64,000 nt of DNA from a virus (Duplodnaviria; Caudoviricetes), in the IMG/VR virus record IMGVR_UViG_3300028394_000078, positions 1,549 to 65,548 of that record. One strand, given 5' to 3'. Under the pieces are notes generated by a model that was not told the origin of the DNA, ran no database searches, and saw only the letters and a program-made list of their open reading frames with translations. Shown piece after piece: positions 35,632 through 50,000 of the stretch (the first letter of the stretch is position 1; each line of letters starts with the position of its first letter). Position numbers and translations under genes: made by a program.

Positions 35632-37389
35632 TTATGTCTTTATTATATATGTTAAATATCCGCCAATTGGCATAAATGTTGCTGTTGATAAATTAGGAGT
35701 CCTAAATGTTCCTGCTCCTGCAGATCCATATGTAGTTCCAATTAACGCATAAAGTTTTGGATATGCAGTAATAGATGCAGATCTATTATCACATATTAAA
35801 AATCCACTTGGGATATTTGTTGATGTTCCAAATGAAGTAATCATTCCTGGTGAAAATAAATTAGGATAAACATCTGAAAAGAAATCTGATTTAGAAATCT
35901 TTTGTAAACTAGAGGTTGTTGTAGCAGTATCTAAAACTAGTAACGTTTGACTGGATGTTGTTGTACTTGTTGTACTTTGATCAGATATTGCAGATCGTGT
36001 TAGTGTAGTATTAAAGGTAGAAGTAGCAGTTCCTTTAAATAAAACTGAAGTAGCAGTAACTTGCCCCTGTATGTTAAATGCTCTAGCAGTTGCTAATGAT
36101 GCTGCAGAACCTGTTAAATTTCCATAAAAAGAATTTGCAAAAATACTAATAGCATAAACGTCGCCGAATCGATATCCAGCAGAACCAATATCATATACTC
36201 CCGAAAGTGCAGGAAGTAATATCGAGCCTGACCCAGATGGTGTTCCTAAAGTTAGTAACCCGGTACTTGTTGTTCTACCATTTATTTTTAAACTATTTGT
36301 TGTTATATTTTTACCAACAATTACACTACCTAGTACAGTTAACGCCGTTGTAGATGTTGAAGAAATAGATAAATTGCCCGAGAATCCGCCACTGCCATTA
36401 ACATCCAGCGTAGGAGAAATAGATGATGTGGGTTTGTTTATACCAATATTTGAATAACTAGAATTAAATCTTAAATAAGAATTTGAATTTATTCCTATTT
36501 TTAATGTACCTGTTGTAGTGCTATCTTGAAAATCAATAAAGGCTCCGCCAGTTAAATTACTATATATTTTAATAGGATCATTAGTAGAATTAGATCTAAT
36601 ATATAATCCATTTGTTGATTGCAAATCGAGCGAACCACTTAAAATTTGAGAAGTAGCATTATTTTTTAATACCTGATTAGCCGCAATTAATACACCTGGA
36701 CTAACTTCTAATGCAGATGCACGTTCTGCAACTCCATTATATTTTGCATATACTTTACTTGTTAAATTTGTTCCAATTTTTATCGATGCAAATCCGTCTA
36801 TAACAGTTCTAGGAGTAAATGCATTGTAAGAAATAATTTCTATTATATGTCCATTTGCCCAATTTTTAACTACAGGATATGTATCACCTGTAGTACTTTC
36901 AACTACTACTGATTCCATTCCGGATTTTGAATTACCAGATTGAAGACTAGGTCCTACAACAGTCCATTCTTCGCTAAATCTAATTTTTAACTGATTGTTA
37001 GATGTGTCTACCCATATATCGCCTTCTGCAATATTATTTGAATATTTTACAACAGGATCAATAGTTTGTTGATATATACCATTAGCACTCGGCCAGCGAC
37101 CTGCATCAGTATTACCATTATAAATTCTTAAAACAGCGCGATCGGGATTACTAGTATCATACCATAATTGTCCTTTAATTGCACTTAATGGTTTGTTAGG
37201 GCCCGCAAAATTTTCTAATAATTTTAAAAAATTCTGAGCAATAGGCAGACCAAAGTTGCGATATCCTGGGCCGACTAATGATAAACTAGTAGAATTATTA
37301 TCAATTCCAGGGCCGTCAGGAACTGGTAATATTGTAATAGTATTAGCGTTTGTTGGATCTGAAAATTGTAATACATATGGAGCTGTCAT
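35632..37389 (-). CDS. tail fibre protein with tail collar domain
   Basis: Same N-domain; C-terminal PGMI..F...IPSGFLICD...YPKLYALIGTTYG...F.TPNL. Confidence 0.8.
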   Translation of the reverse strand: MTAPYVLQFSDPTNANTITILPVPDGPGIDNNSTSLSLVGPGYRNFGLPIAQNFLKLLENFAGPNKPLSAIKGQLWYDTSNPDRAVLRIYNGNTDAGRWPSANGIYQQTIDPVVKYSNNIAEGDIWVDTSNNQLKIRFSEEWTVVGPSLQSGNSKSGMESVVVESTTGDTYPVVKNWANGHIIEIISYNAFTPRTVIDGFASIKIGTNLTSKVYAKYNGVAERASALEVSPGVLIAANQVLKNNATSQILSGSLDLQSTNGLYIRSNSTNDPIKIYSNLTGGAFIDFQDSTTTGTLKIGINSNSYLRFNSSYSNIGINKPTSSISPTLDVNGSGGFSGNLSISSTSTTALTVLGSVIVGKNITTNSLKINGRTTSTGLLTLGTPSGSGSILLPALSGVYDIGSAGYRFGDVYAISIFANSFYGNLTGSAASLATARAFNIQGQVTATSVLFKGTATSTFNTTLTRSAISDQSTTSTTTSSQTLLVLDTATTTSSLQKISKSDFFSDVYPNLFSPGMITSFGTSTNIPSGFLICDNRSASITAYPKLYALIGTTYGSAGAGTFRTPNLSTATFMPIGGYLTYIIKT

Positions 37390-37391
37390 GA

Positions 37392-38054
37392 TTAAATCCC
37401 CATGCTAATACTTTGGATTCGTATTGTATAATCAATTTGAATTATTCGATTTAACGATTTCTGTACAGGATGAAATATAACATGAGTTAATAATGATCCT
37501 AAATTAGGACCATCTTCATTGTATCCCTTTAATCCCAATTCATCAAATATATAGGAACCATCTTGAGTTGTACTGTTATCAAAAGCCAATTGATCATACG
37601 GTTCTCCAAAATCTAATAAACAACTAATAAGAACATCAGTATAAGCAACGCCAGGTATATGCCTAGTTTCCATAAAATTTCTTGAAGGATCTATAGATGA
37701 TGCCCTTCGATGATCTACTTCTTTATAATATGTTTGATTGTATAAAGCAGCATTAACACCTATTGTGTTAGGAGTTAGATATGTAATAATTCCAGTTGGA
37801 TCAACCCTAGATCCCCCATTTCCAAACACCATTTCTGCTATGGGGCCGTTGGGTTGATTTGATATACTGTTTGCTAATGCTATAGAGAAGTTTTCATAGT
37901 GAATAGCATTTCTTTTGTTAACAAAAACTTCTTTAGTATTAGGATCAAATATTTTAATATGTCCCTGAACATTAACTGAACCAGTTTCGTTAGGCTTTGA
38001 AGCCTGAGTAGGTTTATTATTTTTTGGTAAATTGCTCATGTCTTTGTTATCCAT
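37392..38054 (-). CDS. virion structural (baseplate) protein
   Basis: FDELGL...LLTHVIFHPVQKS.NR.IQIDYTIRI; late promoter at 38060-38065. Confidence 0.65.
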   Translation of the reverse strand: MDNKDMSNLPKNNKPTQASKPNETGSVNVQGHIKIFDPNTKEVFVNKRNAIHYENFSIALANSISNQPNGPIAEMVFGNGGSRVDPTGIITYLTPNTIGVNAALYNQTYYKEVDHRRASSIDPSRNFMETRHIPGVAYTDVLISCLLDFGEPYDQLAFDNSTTQDGSYIFDELGLKGYNEDGPNLGSLLTHVIFHPVQKSLNRIIQIDYTIRIQSISMGI

Positions 38055-38086
38055 AATGGTATTTATCTTTGTAAATTATCAATATA

Positions 38087-41000
38087 CTATTCGCCATAGT
38101 AATATTTTCCTGGTAATTCTGCTTCCTTTTCACGCAAAAATTCAGCCTGTATTACAGGACTAGTTAATAAAGATTCAGTACTTGTCCAAATATATCCGCA
38201 TTTTTGCACAATTGTGAGTCTTGTATTAATTTCTGTATTTTCTAAAATATTTAATGTTAATAATTGCGTTGATGTGTTTATTGAAAATTCTGGAGGTAAC
38301 ATAGTTATACTATTAGGCATTGGATCATAAGATTTTGTTTTATCATGTACAACTAAATCTGATTTACGAAGTTGACGGCCGCCGTAATATACTGTAACCT
38401 GATCAGCTGCAGGAATATTTGGATTTAATATAATACCTGCTCCTGTAATACCATTAGTTAATGTATTAATAATATAAGTTGACGAGGTAGTAGAAGTTGT
38501 TTGTATAAACGTCATTTCTTTATATGAAGATGCCCATGGCTGGATAACTTGATCGGTAACTATATCTCCTGAAACTCCAATAATTGTGCTTGAATAACGT
38601 CCAGATGCTGTTGTAACATGAGTTAATATGTTTCCATTTTTGGCACCAAATTCAATTCGTTTTCCATTAATTAAAACAACACCTGGTATTCCTGTAGATT
38701 GATCAGGTGGCATAATTTTACCAGCATCGTCTAGATAAATTTCTGTAGAAGTAGTATATACCGGTCTAACTAACTTTGCTTTAACATACGGTGATGTAGG
38801 AATGTCTTGTAAAGGACTTTGATCGATAACCGTTGTTCCTGCATGAGAAATAGAAGGTATTGATGTCCCTAATGTACCTCTTCTCAATTGACGCAAAGTA
38901 TTTCCATCCTTTATAAAGAATTCAATACGCTCAGCATCAATAATAATTACTCCTGGTTTATTAGTTAATGGATTTCCGGGAACTAAGTTGCTAGAATCAG
39001 TTACATGAATTTCAGTATCATTATAATGCAAAGGCTGATCTAATCTAGTAGTATAGAAAGAAGATAACCTATTAAAATGGTTTCTATCAAACATATCATT
39101 AAAAATTCTATATCCTAATATATGAGGACTAGTTACCGTTGGATTAAATGTAGTTATTAAAAGACCGCCTGAATCATAACGATAACGAAATTTAATTGTT
39201 TGCATATCGTCTAACAATTCATAATCAATACCTCGACGGAGATCAGATATCCAAATATGATTATCACTTAAAAGTGGATATAACAATTTATATGTATTAT
39301 AGATATTATAAGTACTAAACGTTTCAGTTCTTACCATTAAGTTTTTATCAGCGTTTCCAAAAGAAATAATTCGTACTGTAGCACCACCTAAGAACGAAGT
39401 TTTCATATATACATTATTTCCAGTGACTATGTACGCTGCAAACTTTAAATTTTCTATAGCAACTACATCACCATCTGTTAATAAACCATCCATAATTGTT
39501 ACCTGACTATAAATTAGATCAAGTGTATAATCAAACCCAGGACGAAGTTTTATACCATTAGCATATACACGAATTTCATCTGTTTTAAAATAATTTTGAG
39601 GATAGCCCTCCTCATTATTGATTTCAAATGTTAATTGATTGTTTTTAACTATGTAATAACTTGCTTTTGGAGGATCAAGTCTATAAACAAATACATTACC
39701 ATCTTGACCTATAGAAGTTTGGGTCACTATAAGTTGATTACTAACAGGCTCATTAGACGATAGTGGTACGTCAAGTGTTATATTAACGTTGAGGTAGGTA
39801 GGTGCTATTTCAAATACAGATTCATGCATATTATTAAAGTTTGTATAGTTAGATTCAAAAAACCATGCTTCGACTGTATGCGTCCACATAGGATCTAACC
39901 CATAAACTTTAACACATGCTCGTTTATTTTTTTCTCCCACATAAGTTAACATGTAACCGTAATCACTAGTATTTGTTATTTCATTAATTGGAGATCCACC
40001 AACTGTAACATATGCTTTTCGAACATCATCTATACTGGCAACACTTTCTACTATGCATGTACTAGAATTTGTAACTACTACCATATTACTATCTATTACC
40101 GAACGATCTCCACCAACTGTTAGCATAGTGTATCCTGCTCTACCAGGGTATTGTTGAGGTGCAACATGTATAATATTACCTTCCATGTAATATTGGCGCG
40201 GAAATGTAAATCCGTAAAATGGATTTCTTCTAGTATGGTCAAATTTACCGGGGCCGAGATATACCCATTGTCCACCATTTGTACTTTTACTATGATATAA
40301 ATGACTGGAAAAATCTTCAATATTTTTCCAGTCAACTTGTACATAAGCAGAGCTGTGATTACCCGCAATACCGGCAGTAAAACCGGCGCCATATGGATCG
40401 TTACCTCTCCATGTATTTTCATAAATCATTTCAATATATTGATCAGTACCATTAGAGTATACTACTACTTCGTATTCAATAGCAGGAACCGTCGGAGTGT
40501 CTTCTTTACGTGAAAAATGTGTTCCTTGAAAACGTACTCTAAGATAATTAAATGTTCCTATTGTACCGGTGCTAACCCATTGTCCCGGAATTTCACCAGT
40601 TGATAACGGCGTGATCCAAGTATTAGTTGCACGATCAGTTATACCGTAATTTGACCATAAGTCAGTATAGTGTACATAGATAGCAGCCACTGGCTGATAT
40701 GTTGGATTGGCCGGAGTGGTGAATACATCAAGATATGTTAAACTACCTATTGACCTGTTTTTCCAATCCATCGAGGGACCGCCCTGAGTTTGGTTTCCAA
40801 GAGTTATATATCCATTGTTTCCAAGAAAGATTCTATCGTATACAGTACCGTAAGAAACCAAATCAAATCCTAACGCAAAAAAGCCAGGATATGGGATATC
40901 ATCCTCGGCCTCTGCGTATCTATTGGTTGGATCTGGAATAATTAATCCAGGATTAAATCCTATAGGTCCTGCTGCTACAGCAGGTTGATTAATGTAATGT

Positions 41001-44000
41001 AACCCTCTTTCTACTTCTGCATCTGTTAATCTGCTAAGTTGGCTTCCATTATAATATACCATTAATCCGTCATAAGTTCCAGGTACTGATATTAATGTTG
41101 CAGTTGTAATTTCACCTTGTACTATTGGAAAAGTTCCACTTAATACATTAGCATAAGAATTTTCATCTTTAGTATATACATTAATACCGAGGTTATCTAA
41201 AACATGTCCTTTAACAAGTTCCTCAGGAGCATACTCAAAATCTGGATTTAAAAATGCATTTCCATCAATAATGTTACTTGTAGCCGTTGAAAGAATAGAA
41301 TTTGATATAAATGTACTTCCTTGACCATTTAAAAAGTTATTTTGATTATCCCATGATCCGCCAGGAATAGAAGTATCTAAACCTGATACCAATGTTTCGG
41401 GTTTCCAAAATTCTATAGCAGGATATCCATATACAAAAAAATCAAAATAATAACTAGGATTTGTTAATTGATAGAATGATACTATTGCCATTCCATTGCT
41501 ATCTTTTGTCATTTGATAGTATTCTGCACCAGGATACGGTCCTGTCACTGGTATCCCTGTAAGCATTGGAGTAGTTAATCCATCATTAAATATGCTAATT
41601 TTAGATATATCATTATATTTGATATGTAAATTTATTACTAATGCACTACTGGTAGGTTTATCATAAGTTTGCGAAAACTTATCTAATAAAAGTGATGTAG
41701 AATTAATAGAAGTTAGCAAGGTATTCACATTAACTAAGGAAGATAATGTAATAACTGCGGTTGTAGTTGACAAAGAAGTTTTTGCTTTTATAACAAAGTT
41801 ATTAGAGTCTAATACTTGATATACTATATAGTTTTCATTATATCCAGGAGAGGTAATTCCTGTTATAACAATTTGATCACCGGCAATTAATCCTCCTATA
41901 TTAAATGGTGTCATAGTTCTAACGGTTATTTTTGAACCAATTGTTGTTGCAGTTGAGTGTGCATATTGAATATTAAAAACAGGTCTGCTAATTGTAATAG
42001 CACGTGATTCAGTATTAACATCAATCACTGTAGTATCAGGTCTAATACGTATAGTTGAAGAATTTAGAATATTAATAACTTGTCCTGGCATAATACCTGT
42101 TGTTGTATTAAGAAATAATACAACAGAACCAGCCGATGCAGTAGATACTATTTTTGCAGATGCATAATAATTTATAAGTTCACTCCATCTAGAATTATCA
42201 ATATCAAATTTTCCGTAACCTTCAACAGTGTCCCAAGGAACAGAGTATTCAAATGGTAATCCCTGAATAATCGACCCGGAATATTCTAATCCAGTCATTA
42301 ATGATGATAATTTATCTGTAGAAGTATGTATTTTTTTAATTCTATCTAATGCTGTATATAACTCTATATTTTTATTATATGAAATTTTAAATACTTGATT
42401 TTCTAAAGGAATGTAATTTAAAAATCTAAATTCAGAATATTTTTTACTATACCCATTATATTTTTCTGTGTAATATCTTATTGTATAATCAGAACTTAAA
42501 ATTAATTTACCATCTAATGTCGGTAGTATGTTTAGTTTATTTGTCTCTGCTAACCAGGTAAGAACAAATTTATCATCACTTCCTGAACATATAAATGTAT
42601 CAGATACTTTAGTTTCTCCAATTTCTGAATTATAGTTTACTCTGTCAAATTTAATACCTATTGTATTTTTTCTAATTTTTGAATTTAATAATTTTCCTAC
42701 GACAGTAGCGGTAGAGGTGACATAAGGACCGCCGCCTGAAATAATTACAGTTGGAGTTTCTGTATATCCAGATCCACCGTTAGTTACTATTATTTGATAT
42801 ACTCCACCATTACTAATGTATGCATCGGCAGTAGCAGTAGAAGTGACATAAGGACCACCACCTAAAATAGTTACAGTTGGTGGAATTGTATATAGTTTAC
42901 CTTTTTTAGTAACTACTATAGATCCTATTTCCGATGTGTAGTTATCAGCCCAATCTTTCCATGGTAATTGATTAATTAGTGGATTTGATAATCTCACAAC
43001 ATCAAACAAGTTCGTTACTGTATTGTAATAAGACGGCAAATCAAAATCAGTTGCATTTAATTTTCCTAAAGCAGTATCTTCTAAATATGAATATTTAGAA
43101 GTATATTTTCTTAATTGTGTATGATATGGTTTAACTTCTTTAATATAATCTTCAAAATATTTTTCATCAGACAACTTATAAACAGAACGCTGATCAAAAG
43201 TTCCTATAACATTTGTTACATTTATAAAAGAAGTTTTAAATGCCCAGTCTAATAATTTTTGTTCAGTTAATGCATACTTAACTGCTGTAAAAAATAACAG
43301 ATTCCAATTTATTTTTAAATCATTAATAAAAATATCATTTTTTAATGCTTTTAATATATAATATATTTCTAAGTCAGGAATTTGATCGTACAATGTTCCT
43401 TCTAATGTATCTTCGTCATACGCATAATTTAATGTACTATAGTTCCATGTAGTATCTAATATTTGTATAGTACCGTTTGTGCTAAAGACTATATCATAAT
43501 TTTCAACAAAATTACCAGAGCCTAATGTTCTTTCAAGGACAATGCCAGAATCTTGTATTTTTACATAATTGCCTGGTATTATATTATTCAAGGTAGATAG
43601 ATCATATAAATGAGAAATTACATAATCATATTCTTTGAAAGAATTATAATTGTTGCTTACCCAATCAACATATTTCCAATATAACGGTGTATTGTATATT
43701 TGATTTTTAATCATAATCCATGTAGGATTTTGATCTAATTTTGACAATTTATAATCATATTGATGTTTAGTCCATATGTTATTATATTTTTCATCAATTT
43801 TAACAATAACTGTATGCGGTCTTACTACTAGTTCAGGCGCCGTTTCAAATCCATTTCCTGGATTTAATATAATTACTGAAATAATTTGACCATCATCATC
43901 GATATTAGTTAATATTTCGGCGCCGGATGTATCTGATACAACTGTTACTTTAGGAGGATTAGTATATCCATATCCCGGAGATATTATATTAACAGTAGTA

Positions 44001-47000
44001 ATTTTACCATTAATTACATAACATTCTAACGTTGCCTGAGAATATTTAACTGTAGAACTATATTCAATTGATTCTAATGCTGTTCTATCTTCAACTTTGA
44101 AATCATATTCTCTCAAAATAACATCTTCAATTTCATCTTTTTTATTTAAATTATCAAAACTATAATAATTTGTTATTTTATTTTTAATTAAAACAGAATT
44201 AGCAAATTCAACAATATTACGCAGTGCTTTTTTTCTATCCTTAAACATTGTCTGTTGAGGACGAATACTTATTCCATATCTATTTCTATATGTAGAATTA
44301 ATTGCAGGAACTGGATTACCTAATAAATCGTGCCCTAATAGACTATCAATTAATTTTTTCTCTAGTAACTCCGTAGGCATATTATACGGATCACCCTCTG
44401 CCAACAATAACCATTCTGTATGTCTTGGAATTGTATTACTAATTGAATCAATAACAATATTAGCATTAATTCTGTCACTTACTAGCATTGGTTGAACATT
44501 AGCAAAAGCCACACTATCCGATGACAATATTTCGGCAAATTTTAATCCATTGGCGGTTGGATCTGCAATTGTTCTAGAAATTTGATAACTACTTATTCTT
44601 CTATTTTTAACATTAGGAACAGTAACTTTATTTTTAACCCAAAAGAAATATATGTTTTCAAAAGAATTAGTTACATTATTAAATATTTGTTTAACAGATA
44701 CTATACTGTTATCTGGGTATTTAGGTTGCCCGCTTATTCCTTTTGTTAATCCGTCGTTGGTATCGGCCTGGGCGGCCCACTCACTGGGTAATAAATCTGA
44801 TCTTACCCATTCGTAAACATCAATAGTTGATCCAGGAAATAATTTACCCCAATTATTTTTTCTAAAAATATCATCGCCTTGCTCATACCAAACATATTTT
44901 ACAGTACTCAAGTCCCACCACAATTCACCTGTATGATCATCTATCCAACTAGTACTAGCATCAATTATAGAGGCAGCAAGACCAATTGTATAGGTTGCAG
45001 GATCAAATGCAGATTTATATTTTAATTCTTCTTCTGCAATACCTGGAATTTTGCCCTTCAATGGATCAAAAACATCTAAATATTCAACTAATTCTTCTTT
45101 AAAAGAATCTATTAATGCTATACGATCAATTGTAGAAATATTTACAAGGTCAGGCTGTTCTCTTAATAATTTTAAACTATTAACAGTTGGATCTATTTTA
45201 TAAAAATGATAAAAACTAGATGCATCTTCTGATATAATAGTATATGTTGGTGCACCGGCATATATACCGTTGTTTGTAACAGCAACTGATGCCCCATATT
45301 TGCTACCTTCAACTACTGATGGACTAAAAATTTCTTCGGCCAATACAAAATATTCATTTATATTATTATATGAATATATAGTTCCAGCATCTAATAACGG
45401 TTCTGTAAATTGTGTAATTCCTCCATCAAACAAGGTTTCTCCAATTTTAGAATTAATATCAAATTTAATTAATTTAGAATTATTTGTACCTAATGCACTT
45501 ATAGCCAATGTTTTACCATTACCACTAATAGAAATAGAATATCCAAATTTTAAATTATTTCGATGTGTTGGATTTTTTATAATTTGTGAAAGAATAAACT
45601 GGGTTCCATATTTTTTATAAACAGCAACTTTACCAAAAGGTTCTCCTGCTACTTTTGAATCCATTGAAGACACAAAAATATATAAACCGTCAGAAGATAC
45701 TACTACATCATTACCAAACGCTGTTGATGTTCCAAAAGGCGAAGTTAACGTTTGTACCCAAGATAAATTTTTATCAAATATTTGTACTACACCGACAGTT
45801 TTTCCTGCACTTACAATATGATACGGGGCACTTATTGCAATAACAGTACCTGTAGAATTTCCCGAAATCTTATGTCCAAACTGACTACTAGGAGTCAGCG
45901 ATACGTGAGAATTAAGTTTAATACCGGTTGGATATGCTGAAACTACAATGCTAGGTTTGATAGATGCTACAGCAGTTCTTTCTGCACGATTTGCAATAGC
46001 CTGAGAAGGATTGGCTAGATTATTTTCAATAACTGTTAAATTAAAAATACTATTATTTGGACCAAGTCCGTTAATCATCCAATATCTAATATCAGCATCA
46101 ACAGGATATAATTGTGCAACAGGGTTATTTTGATAAGCGGCGATTACTTCTGCTCTGCTGTTTACTATTCCAGCACCGTCTGCTGCTCTTTGTTCATCCC
46201 AATATGCTGCTTCTAGTGGATTAGCCGCTCTATATTCATATATTAAATTACTAAATTGAGAAAGTCCTTCAGTCATCCAATTTATTATAGTTATTTCACC
46301 ATAGTATACGGGTGCTGATAAATTAGCCGCTAATGCATATATTACATCTGCACGAGTTGCTTTATAATAATTTTCTCTTGTAATTTGATAAGCATATACA
46401 TTACCAGTTGTACTTGTTGATGAATTTCCCGGAGCACTAACTAATAATGTAGTAGATGTTGTAGCAGTAGTATTGTTAATATAAATTGAATGTCCAAACC
46501 TAGCGTTTGATGCATTAGAAGAAGTATTTGAAAATGGATTTACTATTACAACTACATCTGTTTCTTTAGTAAACAAAGAATCAATGCTACTTATTCTTAG
46601 TACGCCCTCTGAAGAGAAAGTTTTAATAGTTGATCCAGCGTCTGTTTGGGTGCCTAGAATTACTCTTCCAGTTGCTCCTACATCAGAATTTTTAATAACA
46701 ACATTAGATGCGGCAGGTGCACCTGTGAAATACAGATTTTTTAATTTGTCATATGCTAATGAATATCCAAAATCACTATTAACACCCGTTTGAGCATAGG
46801 TCCATCCGTTACCAGATGCTAAATCTAAACCATATTCAAACTTTTGTTCTAACTCTCCTGTAGATTTATGTTTTTTATAAATCCAAACGGCTCCTTTTCC
46901 TGCACGATGAGCAGGAAGCCAGCCTGGGCCGGAAACCATTAGTATGTCTGTATTATCTGATGTATATATAGATTGCCCAAGATATATATCAGTATATTCA

Positions 47001-50000
47001 CTATAATAATTTGGAGAATTATATTGAGTACCAGTTGAATAATTTTTTATTTTTTGATAGACTTGCCATTTGCCACCAACTCCTTCATCAATCCAAATTT
47101 TTTCATTTTCTTTTAAATTTAAAATATTTGGAGAATTAGCAACTTCTTGAATATTATTATATCGAGCATTTTCAAATTTAAATAATCCGCCGTAACTTAA
47201 TAGTTCTGCATTAACAATTGTTGTTAACTCAGATGCTACTGTAAATTGATCTAATCTAGGAATGTCTGTTATAATATGTATGCCGTTAACTTGATTATTA
47301 AATCTAACTATAGAAACAATATCACCAATTGCTAGATTGTGATTAATATCAGTTGTAAATGTAATATTAGTAGCCGGAGAACTTACATAAACTCCTGCAA
47401 TCTTAGCAGGTTGTTTAGAATATCTGCTAATTCCCCAATCTCCGTTTTCTAAAAACCCCATCCATATAGTATTGCCTTCTTGTAGAATAGAATTGTTAGC
47501 AATATCTAAAAGACTATTCTTATTATATGCTGTAGCAGTAACATCATCCCCTCTTACATATCCAGCAGTGGTTAATACTAAATTATTATCAGAAAATGTA
47601 CTAGGTATACTAGGAAATGTATTTGAAGATGAATAATTATCCGGCGTTAATAATAAGTCTGAAAAAGGAACATAATTTATCAATGGATTTGCATCTATTG
47701 GTTTTTCAGCAAATTTAACAATATACGGATTTTCTAAAAAAGTACTTTCATTTATATTAAATTCTAATTCATTGTATGTTGAAAAACTTCCATAGTCGCC
47801 TACTCTAAATGCCCAATCTTCATTAAATAATATGTTACCTTGACGTGTATATCTACCAACTTTGGATAGTTTATCTATAGCATTTTTAGTACCTTTTTCT
47901 TTAATATATCCTTGATAAAACTTGTATTGGCTAATTGAATTTGTAAAAATATTATTAAGATACGTTCTAGGAGTATATCCAATTAAATGCTGTGCCAAAC
48001 TTTGTTGAACAGCATCAAAGTTATCAATGTCTAAACTATAAAAATCTTCAAACTGATTAATCTTATAATCAAAGTTAGGCAATAAATTAGATACAGGTTT
48101 ATTATCTAATTTTGCCCACTTAGAAAATTCAAATGTACTATCTCCGACAATTTTAACAATTGATTCATAATATGATCCGTTAAACCTTACTACTTTTCCT
48201 GGTAGATAATTATTGTATGCTAACCAGTCAGTTATTAAAACATTATCATATACAAAACCGGGACTATATAAATCACCATTCCAATTAGAAGTTCTAAATC
48301 CGGAAAGTTTAATTCGACGCTGCCTATATCCAGTTTCTATATCATATATAATATCATTAAAAATTGTACTATTATTAAATACCATCCCGTGTTCTTTTTG
48401 CACAGAATTTAAAGTAGCAAAAAACATACCTTCAAGAGTATCTATAGTATTGATAGTGCATATACCATTTTCTCTCGATAATTGAAATTTATCAATTGGG
48501 AATGTTTTTCCATCGGCTTTCAATATACTAAAATCATAATCTCCAATGCCAATATTATCTACCACAGAGTTAATGTATGAATATTTTAAATAATCCGCAA
48601 ACGGACTTAATGTAATTAAATTTCCATCAGCCCAATTTTGGGTTGTCCAATACAAGAATTCTTTAGCAGTAAATTTCCAATTTACTACATCATTAAGATC
48701 AGAATTATATTCATCAAATATAAATCCCTGACTTTCAAGATATGCTCCATATCCAACTAGTAGATCGTATACATCTTGTATAGTTGAATAACTTGTGCCA
48801 TAGGGTATAACAGTTACATTATTTTCAAATTTTGAAGATAACTGTGCAGTAGCACCGCCTACCATAGGTAACAAAGGTAATGCCTGAAATAGTATTGGGT
48901 CAAAAGTAGATTGTGTATTATGTCCTACTTTAACTATATAAAATTTTCCATTATATCTTACAACCTGTCCTTGTCTGTAATAATGTGTTGTATTTGCGTT
49001 AGTAGAAGTAATATCAATTGCACTAAGTCCGCTATTACCATTATTAACTGCTCCGGTCCATTCTGTAAATGATTCAGATTTTCCTCCAACAGTGATTGCA
49101 CCTGATGCTGAATTTTTAATAGGTTTAAATATTTCAAAATATGGATTAGTAGTATCATATCCCTTAACAATGAAATTACCATTTGAACGTTGTACTATAA
49201 CTCCGGATATTCTAGAAGATTTAATAGGATTACTTACATTTAAAATTAATGAATAATCTTCAGGCGGAAGTATGGCTCCTTGTGCTTGCGACACAGGATC
49301 TACAGAATCAATAATAATTTGCAATTTATCTTTACTAGCAAATCCTCCCAATTTATGGAATAAATTAAAATTAATATAAGTTAAATCTTGTTTTAAAGAT
49401 GCAACATAATTTAAATTTTTATGTTTACCTTTTTCAATAACATAAACACTAAATCCAGAAGTTTTTACATTTTCATTATCTAATAAAAGTTTATTAGGAT
49501 TTAAATAAAGATCGTCGGTTGTATATGTTAATTGATTAAGCAAATTAAAAGAAATTCTACTAGTATCAAACATAGCAGAAATATATGAACAAGGATCAAG
49601 AAGAGCATTTATTGCATTTAGAGCAAATGGCCAATAACTACTATGTCTCCATGCAGTTTCTGCAGGACCATGGTCTCCAAATTTCCAATTTGCAGATTTA
49701 TCTGCAATACTTAAAGTATTAGATAAAAATGTATTAGGAGGGACTAAATTACCATCAAGATCTACGGGATTTATGGCGCCAAATGCTGGGCGAGCATAAT
49801 TGGAATTTATGGTTCCTAATTCATCAATAATCCCATTAGTTATAGCGGCAATTAGTTCTACTCGTTTTGGATAATCGATCCAATTATAATATGTATCCCA
49901 CCACATAGGTTTACTAGTATGCCCTAACATTTCCCAAGGATGAGTGTGTGGGCGATCAGTATCGTAGAAGTATTTGTATATTCCTCTCCAATATCCGGGA

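Noticed and set aside
42717-42880. Repeat encoding PTV.I.GGGPYVTSTAT twice
   Set aside because: Ordinary structural-protein repeat common in T4-like tail proteins
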